Source: a virus
Lineage: Duplodnaviria > Caudoviricetes
Virus record (IMG/VR): IMGVR_UViG_3300027734_000066
Span: 1 to 63,726 of that record
Length of the DNA stretch: 63,726 nucleotides
Strand: one strand, 5' to 3'
Shown one piece after another: positions 54,165 through 63,726 of this stretch; position 1 is the first letter of the stretch; every line of letters begins with the position of its first letter. The notes under the pieces are model-generated. The model did no database searches, was not told where the DNA came from, and worked only from the letters and a program-made list of their open reading frames with translations. The position numbers and the translations under genes were made by a program.

Positions 54165-55133
54165 TCACGTGGGTAAAAATTTATTAGGGTTGACCTGCTT
54201 ACCTTGCTTGGTCGTGCCGGTGCGTGCTTGACGGATTCGATCCATCATCTCATACAGACGTTTTGCGCCAGCATCAGAATTTCCGTTGCCAAGGTGGCTA
54301 ACCACATCTGCGGGTACAACAAACTCACCATGACTTAATTTAGCTTCCTGTTTTCCACCAATCCGTGCTGGAATTTTATCAGCCATACCATCCGTTGCGC
54401 CACCTAAATATCGGCCTTTGGCCATTTCAGCAATACCGCCAGATGCGTATTTCGGCACAGGCAGCTTTTCTATGACAGACGATGCGGGTTTAACCTCAGT
54501 CTTCTCAACTTCTTTCTTCTCTGCACCGGCTTGCAAGACATTGCGCTCTTGACGGGCGGGGTTGGCCTTGTTGATAGCTTCCAGACCAGCGGCCTCTTCT
54601 TTGGCGGCGGTGCGAGCGGCGGCAGCGCCCTCGGGTGCAACAAACTTGGTACTTGAAAAGTATTTCTGGGCTGTACTTCCGGGGCGGCGGTCAGGGTCAT
54701 AGGTGTTAGCCACCTGCTCACGCACCGCTTCGTACTTGGGAATGCCGCCTTGGTAGCCCGTCTTCTCAGGAGCCTTCTGGCTTTGGTACAAACCGTACAG
54801 CCCACCTGCGGCACCGGCCACATTACGCCAGTTGACATTCCCAGTTTTGGGGTCAGTGAACGCGCTTTTGAGGGAATTGAACGCCGAAGTACCCAGTCTG
54901 GCCATCATGGAACCAATGTCTACGCCACCCGTGTACGAGGTATCCGTTGAGGGGGTTGAGCCAATGATGTTGCCGTCCTTGTCCATGATCAGCGTACTGC
55001 CGTCATCGAACGTCTGCACGTTGGTGTAGTCACCTACGTTGCCGGTGCCAGAGGTGTTGTCAAGCGGGGCTTGTATGCCGCCAGAGGAGTCTTCGACCCA
55101 CTCACCCGTTGCTTCGTTGTAATAACCTGACAT
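54165..55133 (-). CDS. Internal virion protein
   Basis: C-terminal DGMADKIPA...LSHGEFVVPADVVSHLGNGNSDAGAKRLYEMM. Confidence 0.65.
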   Translation of the reverse strand: MSGYYNEATGEWVEDSSGGIQAPLDNTSGTGNVGDYTNVQTFDDGSTLIMDKDGNIIGSTPSTDTSYTGGVDIGSMMARLGTSAFNSLKSAFTDPKTGNVNWRNVAGAAGGLYGLYQSQKAPEKTGYQGGIPKYEAVREQVANTYDPDRRPGSTAQKYFSSTKFVAPEGAAAARTAAKEEAAGLEAINKANPARQERNVLQAGAEKKEVEKTEVKPASSVIEKLPVPKYASGGIAEMAKGRYLGGATDGMADKIPARIGGKQEAKLSHGEFVVPADVVSHLGNGNSDAGAKRLYEMMDRIRQARTGTTKQGKQVNPNKFLPT

Positions 55134-55135
55134 GG

Positions 55136-58100
55136 CTAACCTTTCAGTATCTTGAGCAATTCGTCGTTTACATCTTTAGAACTGTCCACCATGCCACCTT
55201 TTGCAAAGGGGGATACAAACATATTAGCCTGTGATGGGTTAGCAAAGATGCTATTGAAGTCGTAAACATATCCAATCTTAGCCGGATCAGCAGCTTTTAC
55301 GGTAACTTGTTGTCCTTTGGTGTCTTCTGCCTGCCCCAGCATGTTCATCAGGTTGTTGAGGTTACCCATGCGCTGGGTCTTGGTCGCAGCCGCCGCTTGC
55401 GCTTGGCGGGTCTTTTCTGCCTCATCAGCTTGCGCTTTGCGGGTGGCCACAGCTTCGTCTGCCACAGTTTTAAACACGCCGGTAGGTGCCCACTTGCTGT
55501 CAGGTGCAGGTTCGTATTTGAACGGGTCGTTAGTGTCTGGTTTGTAATCAGGTTGCTGAGACTTGAGATAAGTCTCAATTGCAGTCTTGTCTTTCTGATC
55601 AATTACCTTATCGCCGTTGTAGTCGTACTGTGGGTCGTAGGCACCGGTTGTTTCCAACAGCTTGATCATTGCGTCCAGATCGGACTGCGTGGCTTGTTGT
55701 TGCCCACGGCCCAGAGTCTTGGCCATGTCCGCCTGCGCCATCTCAAGCGCCTTATCACGGGCAATACCTGCCTTCTCGTACTCAGCGGCCTTGTCCAGCA
55801 CCGCTTGTTTGGCGGTGTTGATGTCTGTCTTTAAGTCAGTTTTGGCGGTGCTAATGTCTGTCTTGAGTTCAGTCTTGGTGGCGGCTAATTCAGTCTTGAG
55901 GTTGGCCTCGGTCTTACCAATCTGCGTAAGGATGTCAGTACGTGTGGTGCCAAGATCAGCAGCTACATCGTCGATTGCCTTGCCCAGTGCCTCATCCCGA
56001 CCAATACCGGCTTTCTCATACGCAGCCGCCCGAGCCAAGATATTGCTCTCAGCATCGTCAATCTTGGTGGACAGGGTGTCCTTGACACCTGAGATTTCTT
56101 CGCTTAATTTTGTTTCGGTCAGGCCCAGTGCTTTGAGCACGGCGGCTTCTGAGTCAGCAATCTTGGCACCAAGGTTTGTTTCAACCGCACCAACGTCTGC
56201 CTTCAAGTTTGCTTCGGTCGTGCCAATCTGCTTGAGCAGAGCTTCCTTAGTAGTGCCAAGATTTTTTGCAACGTCTTCAATAGCTTTGGATAACGCCTCG
56301 TCGCGCCCAACACCAGCTTTTTCGTACTCGGCCATCTTGGTATAGATGTTGGCTTCAACATCACCGAGCTTTGTACTTAACGCGCCAACATCCTTACTCA
56401 AAGCATCAATTGTTTTGGTCAGGTTAGTTTCGGTAGTACCAATGCGTTTAAGGATGTCTTCTTTGGTAGTGCCAAGCTCAGTGGCAACATCGCCAATCGC
56501 TTTTTGTGTGGCCGCCTCCCGAGTCATGCCTGCTTTTTCGTTGTCGGCAATCTTGTTGAGGATGTTGGTTTCGGTCGTGGTAAGTGCATCGGTTAGCTTA
56601 CCGGTCTGATCATCCATCTTGTAGCCGAGGTCTTTGATCTGGCTGGCCAAATCTTTTTTGACCAGTGCAATTGCATCCAGTGCTTCCTTACTACCTCCAC
56701 CAGCAGCCATAGCGTCAAGCTGTGACATGATGGAATTTAATCGAGCCGTTGGTAAGTAGTCGGTTGCTTTGGCTGTAAGTCCAGTCTCCTCGTACTGACC
56801 CATCAGTTTCTTGATGTCGTCAGCAGTAGGCTTATCTAATCCCAGTGCAGCATACGCAGCCTTGACTTCACCCTCGTCAACAACACGTGGGTCAGTCCAC
56901 GTTGCAATATTTTTGGCTTGGTCGGCTTCATTAACCTGCCCAACAAATCGGTTGACATCTACATCGGTAGGGGTGTACCCCTGATCAACCAAGTATTTCT
57001 TGGCTTCGTCGAACGTCACCTGACGCGGGTTTACGTAGTCCGCAACAGCTTTTGTCTGTGTGGATTCGGCGGCGCTACCTACAAACTGCTTGATCTCCTC
57101 CGCAGAGGGTGTGTACCCTTTGCTGGTAAAGAACGTCTTAGCTTCCTCGTATGTTGTTGCTTTGGGGTCAAACTCGGAACGCGCCGCTGAAGTGGCAGCA
57201 GCTTCATCTTTTTGGCCAACCAACTTGGCGGCTTCTTCGTCTGTGAGCGTGTACCCCTCAGCGGCGGCGGCGGCTTTTACTTCAGCAAGGTCAAACACTC
57301 TGGGGTCAACATACGCCTCGGCGCGGCTGGCAAGCGTAATGTCGCTGCCTTGGCCTGTCAGTGCTTTGACATCGGCATCAGAATACGTGTAGTCATCCCG
57401 CTTGGCCAGCGCCGTAGCAGCCTCACTACTGCTGGTGTAGTTGGCGTTGTCGATGGTGTTCATCAAGTTGGACTTGATGGTGTTATCTGTGATACCAAAG
57501 TTGGCCAGTGCAGTAGCAGCGGCGGCAGGGTTATCCTTGTTGGTCTCCAAGATGTCGGCAATTACTGGGTTACCTTGGACAGCGTTGGATATGACATCCC
57601 CCGTGCGGCTTGCGCCATACGCACCCCCGGCAATCGGGCCACCGGCAATAACGCCAAACGCAGCCGCTTGTGTGATTTCTTTGGCAACGTCACGAGTCTT
57701 GTCGAGCTTGTACAGTTGGCCTTCCAGTGCGGCCTGAGTAACACCCTCTTCACCACCTTCGGACAAACCTTCTTTGATGGTGATCTTGGTGCCGGTCTTG
57801 GCAAAGTCACCGAGGGACTGCAACGCATCGCCCAGACCTGTGCCAGACCTGCCCAAAACTGCTTTCTCAAGGGCCGCGCCACCAATACCCATCGACACGG
57901 CAGTAGTAGCCGCAGCAACAAACGCTTGGCGCTGTGCAATCTCCATGGCAATCTTGTCTGCTTCCGCTGGAGACTTACCCACTTTGATTGCGGTTTTGTA
58001 CGCTTCATCGTACGCTCCAGAAGCTGCGCCGCCAGCGGATTCGGCAATGTCTGTGGCAATAGATGCAGTCATACCTGCGGCAGTACCCATCTTGGCGGCA

Positions 58101-60571
58101 ACCGCTTGGCCATACTTCAACGCAAGCGCAGCACCTTTGGCACCCGATGCGGCAACGCCGCCGATGAGGAGTGGCGCAACTTCTTGGATACCTTCAACGC
58201 CAACGTATTCGGCCAAGAATTGAAGTGGGGCAGATTTAAACGCGCCATAAATTGCTTGAAGCGTACCGCCAACACCCTTGGCATCGCCAATCATGGACTG
58301 CATGTTTTTGATAGCGGCTTGGTACTCCGCAGTATTACTTGCTTTGCCAAGATCATTTAGCGCATTGGAAAACTTACCCAGCGCGGTGTTTTTAGGCGCA
58401 GTACCAAACAACACAGAGATACCGTTGACCGATTCAAGGAACCCGCCGCCAGCCTTCAAGACGTTGGCAGTCGTATTGATCAATGTGGAGTTACCCGACT
58501 GCTGTGCCCAGCCAACAACCGTCTTGGCGGCGTTAATCATGGCATCACTTACAACATTGTTGACAGCAGCCGCACCTCCCAACTCGGCCATAGCAAGAAT
58601 CTTCTCTTGCTCAGTAGGCGCTTTGGCATAGACATACACTGTCGGTAGCATGGGCTCATAGTTGCCAGTAGCCGAGTTCCATGTTGATACAGCAGTTTTG
58701 GGGTCGGCCTCAATCCATACGGGTCTTCCTTTGGTGTCATAGACCATTGCAGCCTTGCCACTGTCGAAAGATTCAAATGACGCCAGCTTTGTGCCCACAG
58801 GGGGAGTAAAGTCAGCGGGTTTGTGCCACTCACCATAAGAATGACCGTTAACCTCAACTTTAAACGTACCGTTTTGCTGGTTACTAACCAACTGGCTAAG
58901 CGAGGTTGTATTACCGTTAACAATGTCTTGGATAGACGCAGCTTTCAACGCACCAATATTGTTACCGTAGTTAGCGTCAATGTTGTCCAGAATTTTTGAC
59001 ACCGTGGCGGGATCAGCCGTAGCTACCGTAACGCCCTTTTGCGCCAACGCAGCGTTTACCAGACGAGTGCGTTCTTGCGCAATGATCGGCTGCGCAGCTT
59101 TGTCGTTTGTTGGCGCGTTTTGGAATTGACCCGTGGACAAGAAGTGTTCGTATGGATCAACATTAGAAGCTAATCCGTTCAGCTTGCGGTATTGTTCAGC
59201 GTCAAACTTTTCGTCCATTGCCTCGACAAACGCACGGTTACTTGTGCGGTATATTGGGTCAAGCACATCGGATAAGGTATCTGTCTTGGTAGCAAACGCT
59301 TGGATGGCTTTTTCATAGTCACCACTCTTCACCGCATAATCTTGCTTCAGAGTATCTAACTCTGCGCCATATTTTGTCAGTGCGGGTTGGTACGTGTCGT
59401 TGTAATCTTTGTTCAGCGCCGTTACGTAGTTGTTGTACTCTGTTATCGCAGCATTTGCGGCAGCGGCGGTTGCGTCACTCGGGTTGGCGTTATGCGCTGC
59501 TACTGCGGCGTTGTATGCTTCGGAAAGTTTGTTTTGTTCCGCAATCCGTGTTTGTACGGTCTGGACAGTGCTGTTGTAGTTTTCTGCTGCAACTTTCTGC
59601 GCTGCAATGTTTGTATCTACTTTTGCTGCGGCGGTGTTTGCAGTTTTGTACGCTGTATCCGCCCCAGCAGTGGCCTTCTTGAATGGGTCAGTAGCCATGT
59701 CCCCCAGAGCTTTAGAGCCAGCTTTCATCATGGCGGCTTGAACAACATTGGATGCTTTGCCGCCGGTTAACGCAGCAGTAGCCGTACCCATAAGCACGTC
59801 GGTCAGGAGAGTGCGCTGAGTGTTGTCGAGCTTCGTACCATCAGGGTCGAACGACTTAATTGCATCAGTAACAATACCCGAGGCAGAGATGATGCTGCCC
59901 ATGATGGCAGCACTTGGGTTGGGGTTGTTTGTGATCTGTGCAGCAACCGCAGATTGAATGGCCGCCTGCGCGGTTTTTGGTAGGTTGGTAAATTTACCCC
60001 CTGTCATCTCATCAACTTTACCCAGCACTGCGCCGGTAGCCGCACCTACACCACCAGAAACAAACGCCTTAACGGGGTCTTGACCAGTAGCAACGGCAAC
60101 AGCCGCAGCGCCCGCGCCACTACCAAAAATCTGGCCTGCAAGTGCGCTGTCAGTGGCTTTGGCTACTGCGGTAGTGGCTTTACCCCCGACAAAAGAACCA
60201 ATCTCTTGGGCCACGTACGCTGTGGCGGTGGCCTTGAGGACATCTTCCACATTGCCACCCTTTGCAGCAACGTCAGCACCTTCAATGAGCGGCAACATCC
60301 ATACTTGCCCCGTGGCAACAGCAGCAACCTGCGCAATGGTTTTAATGGGGTTATCCAGCGCCGCCTGAATGACGTTGCTCACCGTAGCCATCACGGGGTC
60401 AATGATTTTGTTGATGACCCAATCTGTTGCTTTTACAACTGGCTTAACAAATACATCTTCAACTGCTTTAATAACAGGGTCGTACAGTTGAATTTTTCCA
60501 ACGGCGTTTTTTCTAAAAGCATCTGGGTGGCCCGGAATATATCCGGCCATTATTTCAGCACGGCCTCTCAT
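55136..60571 (-). CDS. Large repeat-containing internal virion protein, 1811 aa
   Basis: Ala/Thr-rich; YEKAG and DPR repeat families; EF-hand-like DYNGDKVIDQKD; ATGA overlap with upstream gene. Confidence 0.7.
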   Translation of the reverse strand: MRGRAEIMAGYIPGHPDAFRKNAVGKIQLYDPVIKAVEDVFVKPVVKATDWVINKIIDPVMATVSNVIQAALDNPIKTIAQVAAVATGQVWMLPLIEGADVAAKGGNVEDVLKATATAYVAQEIGSFVGGKATTAVAKATDSALAGQIFGSGAGAAAVAVATGQDPVKAFVSGGVGAATGAVLGKVDEMTGGKFTNLPKTAQAAIQSAVAAQITNNPNPSAAIMGSIISASGIVTDAIKSFDPDGTKLDNTQRTLLTDVLMGTATAALTGGKASNVVQAAMMKAGSKALGDMATDPFKKATAGADTAYKTANTAAAKVDTNIAAQKVAAENYNSTVQTVQTRIAEQNKLSEAYNAAVAAHNANPSDATAAAANAAITEYNNYVTALNKDYNDTYQPALTKYGAELDTLKQDYAVKSGDYEKAIQAFATKTDTLSDVLDPIYRTSNRAFVEAMDEKFDAEQYRKLNGLASNVDPYEHFLSTGQFQNAPTNDKAAQPIIAQERTRLVNAALAQKGVTVATADPATVSKILDNIDANYGNNIGALKAASIQDIVNGNTTSLSQLVSNQQNGTFKVEVNGHSYGEWHKPADFTPPVGTKLASFESFDSGKAAMVYDTKGRPVWIEADPKTAVSTWNSATGNYEPMLPTVYVYAKAPTEQEKILAMAELGGAAAVNNVVSDAMINAAKTVVGWAQQSGNSTLINTTANVLKAGGGFLESVNGISVLFGTAPKNTALGKFSNALNDLGKASNTAEYQAAIKNMQSMIGDAKGVGGTLQAIYGAFKSAPLQFLAEYVGVEGIQEVAPLLIGGVAASGAKGAALALKYGQAVAAKMGTAAGMTASIATDIAESAGGAASGAYDEAYKTAIKVGKSPAEADKIAMEIAQRQAFVAAATTAVSMGIGGAALEKAVLGRSGTGLGDALQSLGDFAKTGTKITIKEGLSEGGEEGVTQAALEGQLYKLDKTRDVAKEITQAAAFGVIAGGPIAGGAYGASRTGDVISNAVQGNPVIADILETNKDNPAAAATALANFGITDNTIKSNLMNTIDNANYTSSSEAATALAKRDDYTYSDADVKALTGQGSDITLASRAEAYVDPRVFDLAEVKAAAAAEGYTLTDEEAAKLVGQKDEAAATSAARSEFDPKATTYEEAKTFFTSKGYTPSAEEIKQFVGSAAESTQTKAVADYVNPRQVTFDEAKKYLVDQGYTPTDVDVNRFVGQVNEADQAKNIATWTDPRVVDEGEVKAAYAALGLDKPTADDIKKLMGQYEETGLTAKATDYLPTARLNSIMSQLDAMAAGGGSKEALDAIALVKKDLASQIKDLGYKMDDQTGKLTDALTTTETNILNKIADNEKAGMTREAATQKAIGDVATELGTTKEDILKRIGTTETNLTKTIDALSKDVGALSTKLGDVEANIYTKMAEYEKAGVGRDEALSKAIEDVAKNLGTTKEALLKQIGTTEANLKADVGAVETNLGAKIADSEAAVLKALGLTETKLSEEISGVKDTLSTKIDDAESNILARAAAYEKAGIGRDEALGKAIDDVAADLGTTRTDILTQIGKTEANLKTELAATKTELKTDISTAKTDLKTDINTAKQAVLDKAAEYEKAGIARDKALEMAQADMAKTLGRGQQQATQSDLDAMIKLLETTGAYDPQYDYNGDKVIDQKDKTAIETYLKSQQPDYKPDTNDPFKYEPAPDSKWAPTGVFKTVADEAVATRKAQADEAEKTRQAQAAAATKTQRMGNLNNLMNMLGQAEDTKGQQVTVKAADPAKIGYVYDFNSIFANPSQANMFVSPFAKGGMVDSSKDVNDELLKILKG

Positions 60572-61032
60572 TTTTTACGCCCCTCAATGAGTTCACCGTC
60601 TAAAGCAATTCGCACCTGCGTGTCACCTGAGGGGGTTTCTACCATCCACATTTCCATTTCGGTGGTAATAGGTTTCCGTTTAAATGCCATGAACGCCGTA
60701 GCAAATGATGCCTGCTTAAACTGGGCAACAAATTTTCTTGTGCCTCCACGATATAAATCGCGGAAATATTCTTCCCCGTTTACGATGAAGTTCTTGGCGG
60801 TGTCAATGCTCAATGCGCGGCCAATCGCCAAATCTTTATCTTCATCGAAGTGGGTAATGAACACGGTATTTCCATATTGTTTGACTTCCGTGTTTGGCAT
60901 TGCGCCTTCTTGAACAATGCTGAGGATGGCAGCATACGCAGGAACATCTTTAGACGGAGTGTTGTACACAGCCTGAGTGATGATCTCAGGTATGGATAAC
61001 TGATCCTTCTTGCTGTCCACCATTGTTGCCAT
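60568..61032 (-). CDS. Hypothetical protein, possibly GNAT-like
   Basis: 154 aa alpha/beta pattern at the position of T7 gp13-like genes, just before ejection proteins; fold is inference only. Confidence 0.55.
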   Translation of the reverse strand: MATMVDSKKDQLSIPEIITQAVYNTPSKDVPAYAAILSIVQEGAMPNTEVKQYGNTVFITHFDEDKDLAIGRALSIDTAKNFIVNGEEYFRDLYRGGTRKFVAQFKQASFATAFMAFKRKPITTEMEMWMVETPSGDTQVRIALDGELIEGRKK

Positions 61033-61059
61033 CAGATTCCACCTTTGTAAGCATACGCC

Positions 61060-61088
61060 ATTTTATGCTGGCATGTTATACCGCGCAA
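61060..61088 (-). promoter_or_regulatory. Putative promoter for ejection-protein operon
   Basis: TTGCGC-N17-TAAAAT; spacer contains half-site GTATAAC. Confidence 0.5.
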
Positions 61089-62185
61089 GGCTCAAATAGC
61101 GCGGCAGAAAACACGTTGCCCATACCTGCGGCCAGAACTGCAACTACCCCTTCACGGGCAGGTGCATCATAAGACAAGAATACATGGTCTTCCTCGGTGC
61201 GGTTGGGAATGCCGGGGATGACCCCCGTCTTGAGGTCGTTGAGCAGCAAGCTGGTCTCCATCAGTCCGCTGGCAGCAAGGGTGTGCCCCACGCGCTGCTT
61301 GTAGGAGGTGGCCACAAAGTCGGGGAACTGGGCCAGAATAGCGGCCTTCTCAGCCGTGTTGTTGGTCGGGGTGCCTGTACCATGCGTCTTGATGATTTTG
61401 ACGGCGCTGGCGTTGATTTTGGCCATGTGCAGGGCACCTTCAATGGCCTTCTGATACCCCTGACCGTCAGGGCGCTGACCCAACGGGTTGGAAAAGTCTT
61501 CAGCGGCGGTGTAAGTACCCAGCAGTTTGGCGGCAGGATCGACAGCCGGTTCGGTCTCGAAGATGGCCAGACCTGCACCTTGCCCAATGTTGAACCCTGC
61601 GTTTACAGAGTCAAACGCTGACGGTTTGATGATGGCCTCGTCCTTGAACATCAGGCTGGCTTTGGCTTGGCCAAAGAACTCCAACGTCGAATTGTTCACA
61701 GCGTCCTCAACACCCAACACAATCATACGGGTAAACCCGAAGTTGGCCATAAGGTTCTGCACCTCCAACAAGACTTTGATGCTGGACGCGCACGCGCTGG
61801 CGTCCGTGGATACGTAGTCCATGGGGCCGAACATGGATGCAACGCGCCCAGCGTAGATGTTGGTCAGGGTGACCAGCGGCAGCTTGAGTTTGAAGTGCAA
61901 ACGCCCAGTGTCTTGCTGATCATGCCTGCCACGGATGCCCGCCCAACCTTGGGAACCTGCGGCCAAGATGAAACCAGTTTTACCAGACGTAGGGTTTTCC
62001 CTAACGTAGTTGACCAACTTGGGGTCGATGACTTTGTTGGCCAGCACATGCGCTGGATAGACCAGCCCTGACTTGACGTTGTTGTAGGTTTCAGGGAACC
62101 AGTGGATGCGTTGGGGGTAAGGGTGATCGTCAATGACATCGGTGTGGGTTGACCCAGCACCGCGATGGTGTGTGAGGTAAATCAT
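61076..62185 (-). CDS. Beta-ketoacyl-ACP synthase (FabB/FabF-like)
   Basis: Catalytic triad motifs SACASS, KTHGTGT, GHTLAASG; GQGAG; C-terminal GMGN. Confidence 0.9.
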   Translation of the reverse strand: MIYLTHHRGAGSTHTDVIDDHPYPQRIHWFPETYNNVKSGLVYPAHVLANKVIDPKLVNYVRENPTSGKTGFILAAGSQGWAGIRGRHDQQDTGRLHFKLKLPLVTLTNIYAGRVASMFGPMDYVSTDASACASSIKVLLEVQNLMANFGFTRMIVLGVEDAVNNSTLEFFGQAKASLMFKDEAIIKPSAFDSVNAGFNIGQGAGLAIFETEPAVDPAAKLLGTYTAAEDFSNPLGQRPDGQGYQKAIEGALHMAKINASAVKIIKTHGTGTPTNNTAEKAAILAQFPDFVATSYKQRVGHTLAASGLMETSLLLNDLKTGVIPGIPNRTEEDHVFLSYDAPAREGVVAVLAAGMGNVFSAALFEPCAV

Positions 62186-62463
62186 TTGACCCTCGCCAGT
62201 TCAGCTTTGACATCTTCTGGTGTGCGCGTTTTGTTTGCGTCCAAAAAGGCTTGCAGGTCAGTAACGGTCACAGCCTGCATTTCTCGCATCACGTCTTCTT
62301 CAATACCGTAGATTTCTCCAAGGTACATGGCAAGCATGATGGTGTCGAGGCTGTCCAATCTCAGATCAGGCAACTGATCATCCATGGAGGTAGCGTGGCT
62401 ATCCCGCGCAGAGACGGGCTTGGCGAGTGTTACCACGCCATTAAAAAGTTCAAGAAAGTTCAT
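62182..62463 (-). CDS. Acyl carrier protein
   Basis: DLRLDSLDTIML phosphopantetheine Ser motif; acidic; TVTDL; ATGA overlap with KS. Confidence 0.85.
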   Translation of the reverse strand: MNFLELFNGVVTLAKPVSARDSHATSMDDQLPDLRLDSLDTIMLAMYLGEIYGIEEDVMREMQAVTVTDLQAFLDANKTRTPEDVKAELARVK

Positions 62464-62540
62464 GTTCGCACCTTGGTAAAGAGGGACGCATAGTATCTCT
62501 CACGGCGCAATCCAGATCAATGTCAAACAGTGCGTTGTTA

Positions 62541-62885
62541 CTACCCGACCTTCCAGTTAGTGCCGTCAGAATACACAGGTACCTTAGTGGCCCCGCCAGC
62601 AACCACAGTCGATCCAAAAGCGGGAGCAAGCGCATCAGACACAAAAGCCCGTGCGCTTATGCCAGAAGTTACAGCACTTGGCAGGGTTGCCACCGTGTAC
62701 ACAGTTGTTGGGGGGATGATGCCACCCGCAGTGTCTAACTGCCCCAAAATGCTTTGCAGCCGTACAAAGTACAGCCGAAGGACGCTGTTTAACTGATCTT
62801 GGTATGGGCGCTGATACTCCTCGGGCGCTTGCGGCAAAGCAGGCGGCGATATGCGTTGAAGCTCAAACTCGGAGATGACAATCAT
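62541..62885 (-). CDS. Small tail protein
   Basis: PPALPQAPEEY...LRLYF helix + TVATLPSA...VPVYSDGTNW tip domain. Confidence 0.6.
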   Translation of the reverse strand: MIVISEFELQRISPPALPQAPEEYQRPYQDQLNSVLRLYFVRLQSILGQLDTAGGIIPPTTVYTVATLPSAVTSGISARAFVSDALAPAFGSTVVAGGATKVPVYSDGTNWKVG

Positions 62886-63726
62886 CGACGGCCATCCGAA
62901 CGCATGTCAATACGGGGCGAGCCCAACTGCCAGTTCACGCCCAGTCCAGTGGACTCAAACTTGATGGACATCTGGCGACCACGCACCCGAGTAAAAATCT
63001 GCCCGGTGAACTCTTCTACCGGCAAGGTGGCAATCCGTGTGACGGTCGCAAAACTATCGTTGGCCACAGAGTGATTAGCGTTTGTCGCTGAGTTGACCGA
63101 ATACCCAGAGCCAGAATTTTTCAACGGCAGCAGGTACATAGTGGCGCTGGGCGGGGTTGCCGTAGAGCCTTCAAACGTAACGTCGGGCAATACGCGCCAC
63201 ACAAACATAAAGTTGTGACCATCATCCAAGTCAAACTGCGAGGAGATGATAGATGCTGTGATTGGCAATGTGGTGCCTGTGGCGTTGTCGTCCAGCCCTT
63301 GCTCGTGGTTCACAAGGTTATTGTAGTACGTAGCAGCCAGCGGGTAGTCACGCAAGCCAGAATCCAGCCATGCAGTGCGAGCCATATTGCCGTAGTACCA
63401 CACGTTTTCCACGTAGTTGTAGACCACGTATTTATCGATGTCAGTAGAGCCTTCGGAGCAATAGAACCACCAGACTTCGTTGAAACCTTCGTTGGTGCCC
63501 GAGCACACCTGCGCGTACTGCGAGGTGTTGATGTCCTCAAACACGTAGCGGCGCAGGTCGCAGTTCAGTGTCTGCGTGCGGCCATCGTATTTGTAGAACT
63601 TGTCTTTGCCCATCCAGTAAGCCACGCCCGTGGCGTACGACACGGCGTTTTGCCCGACGATGGAGATGTTTTCACCCATAAGCTGCGCACCCCAGACAAT
63701 TGGTGCGCCCACGTATTGGAGTGAAT
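62882..63726 (-). CDS. Tail hub / stabilisation protein, 3' part (continues from 1-1349)
   Basis: YWMGKDKFYKYDG, FNEVWWFY, RTAWLD, TRVRGRQ...DGRR; in frame across the junction. Confidence 0.8.
   Translation of the reverse strand, partial: SLQYVGAPIVWGAQLMGENISIVGQNAVSYATGVAYWMGKDKFYKYDGRTQTLNCDLRRYVFEDINTSQYAQVCSGTNEGFNEVWWFYCSEGSTDIDKYVVYNYVENVWYYGNMARTAWLDSGLRDYPLAATYYNNLVNHEQGLDDNATGTTLPITASIISSQFDLDDGHNFMFVWRVLPDVTFEGSTATPPSATMYLLPLKNSGSGYSVNSATNANHSVANDSFATVTRIATLPVEEFTGQIFTRVRGRQMSIKFESTGLGVNWQLGSPRIDMRSDGRR
63639..63726. repeat. Terminal overlap (right copy)
   Basis: Matches 1-88, with a 44-nt identical core GAGATGTTTTCACCCATAAGCTGCGCACCCCAGACAATTGGTGC. Confidence 0.95.

Noticed and set aside
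57212-58360. Long antisense ORFs (e.g. 57212-58360, 18942-19817, 32950-33744, 37815-38624)
   Set aside because: Shadows of real genes on the opposite strand; no RBS or recognisable motifs
61076-62463. Host contamination or a complete PKS/FAS cluster
   Set aside because: Co-oriented and tightly packed among virion genes; no other fab/PKS genes present
1-63726. Alternative genetic code
   Set aside because: Standard code gives dense, full-length genes with coupled starts and stops

Overview
The window is an apparently complete, circularly permuted ~63.6 kb genome of a tailed dsDNA phage with podovirus-like gene content. Bases 1-88 and 63639-63726 overlap, with 8 synonymous differences, inside one tail gene. 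The minus-strand arm (21.8 kb down to 1, continuing from 63.7 to 44.85 kb) carries TerS/TerL, portal, GroES, scaffold, a Mu-gpT-like major capsid protein, small basic proteins, adaptors, tail fibre, holin/M15 endolysin, an acyl carrier protein plus ketoacyl synthase pair, and very large internal/ejection proteins. The plus-strand arm (22.4-44.8 kb) carries early genes (DUF3150-like, MoxR AAA, vWA/metallopeptidase, Lar-like) and replication genes (PolA, PD-(D/E)XK nuclease, HNH, SNF2 helicase, SSB-like, primase-helicase). I found no integrase, tRNA or CRISPR array. Main leads: (1) a ~70-nt candidate sRNA at the end of the early arm, antisense to a conserved GGA(G)AACGAAG ribosome-binding motif in front of at least seven early/replication genes; (2) an intact ACP + KS cassette beside the ejection proteins; (3) early proteins whose N-termini copy major-capsid peptides; (4) a control region with six 17-bp palindromes, TGTTC iteron-like repeats and ~60-bp-phased G-tracts; (5) two RNA pseudoknot-like elements. 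Family names are from motif recognition only; no searches were run.
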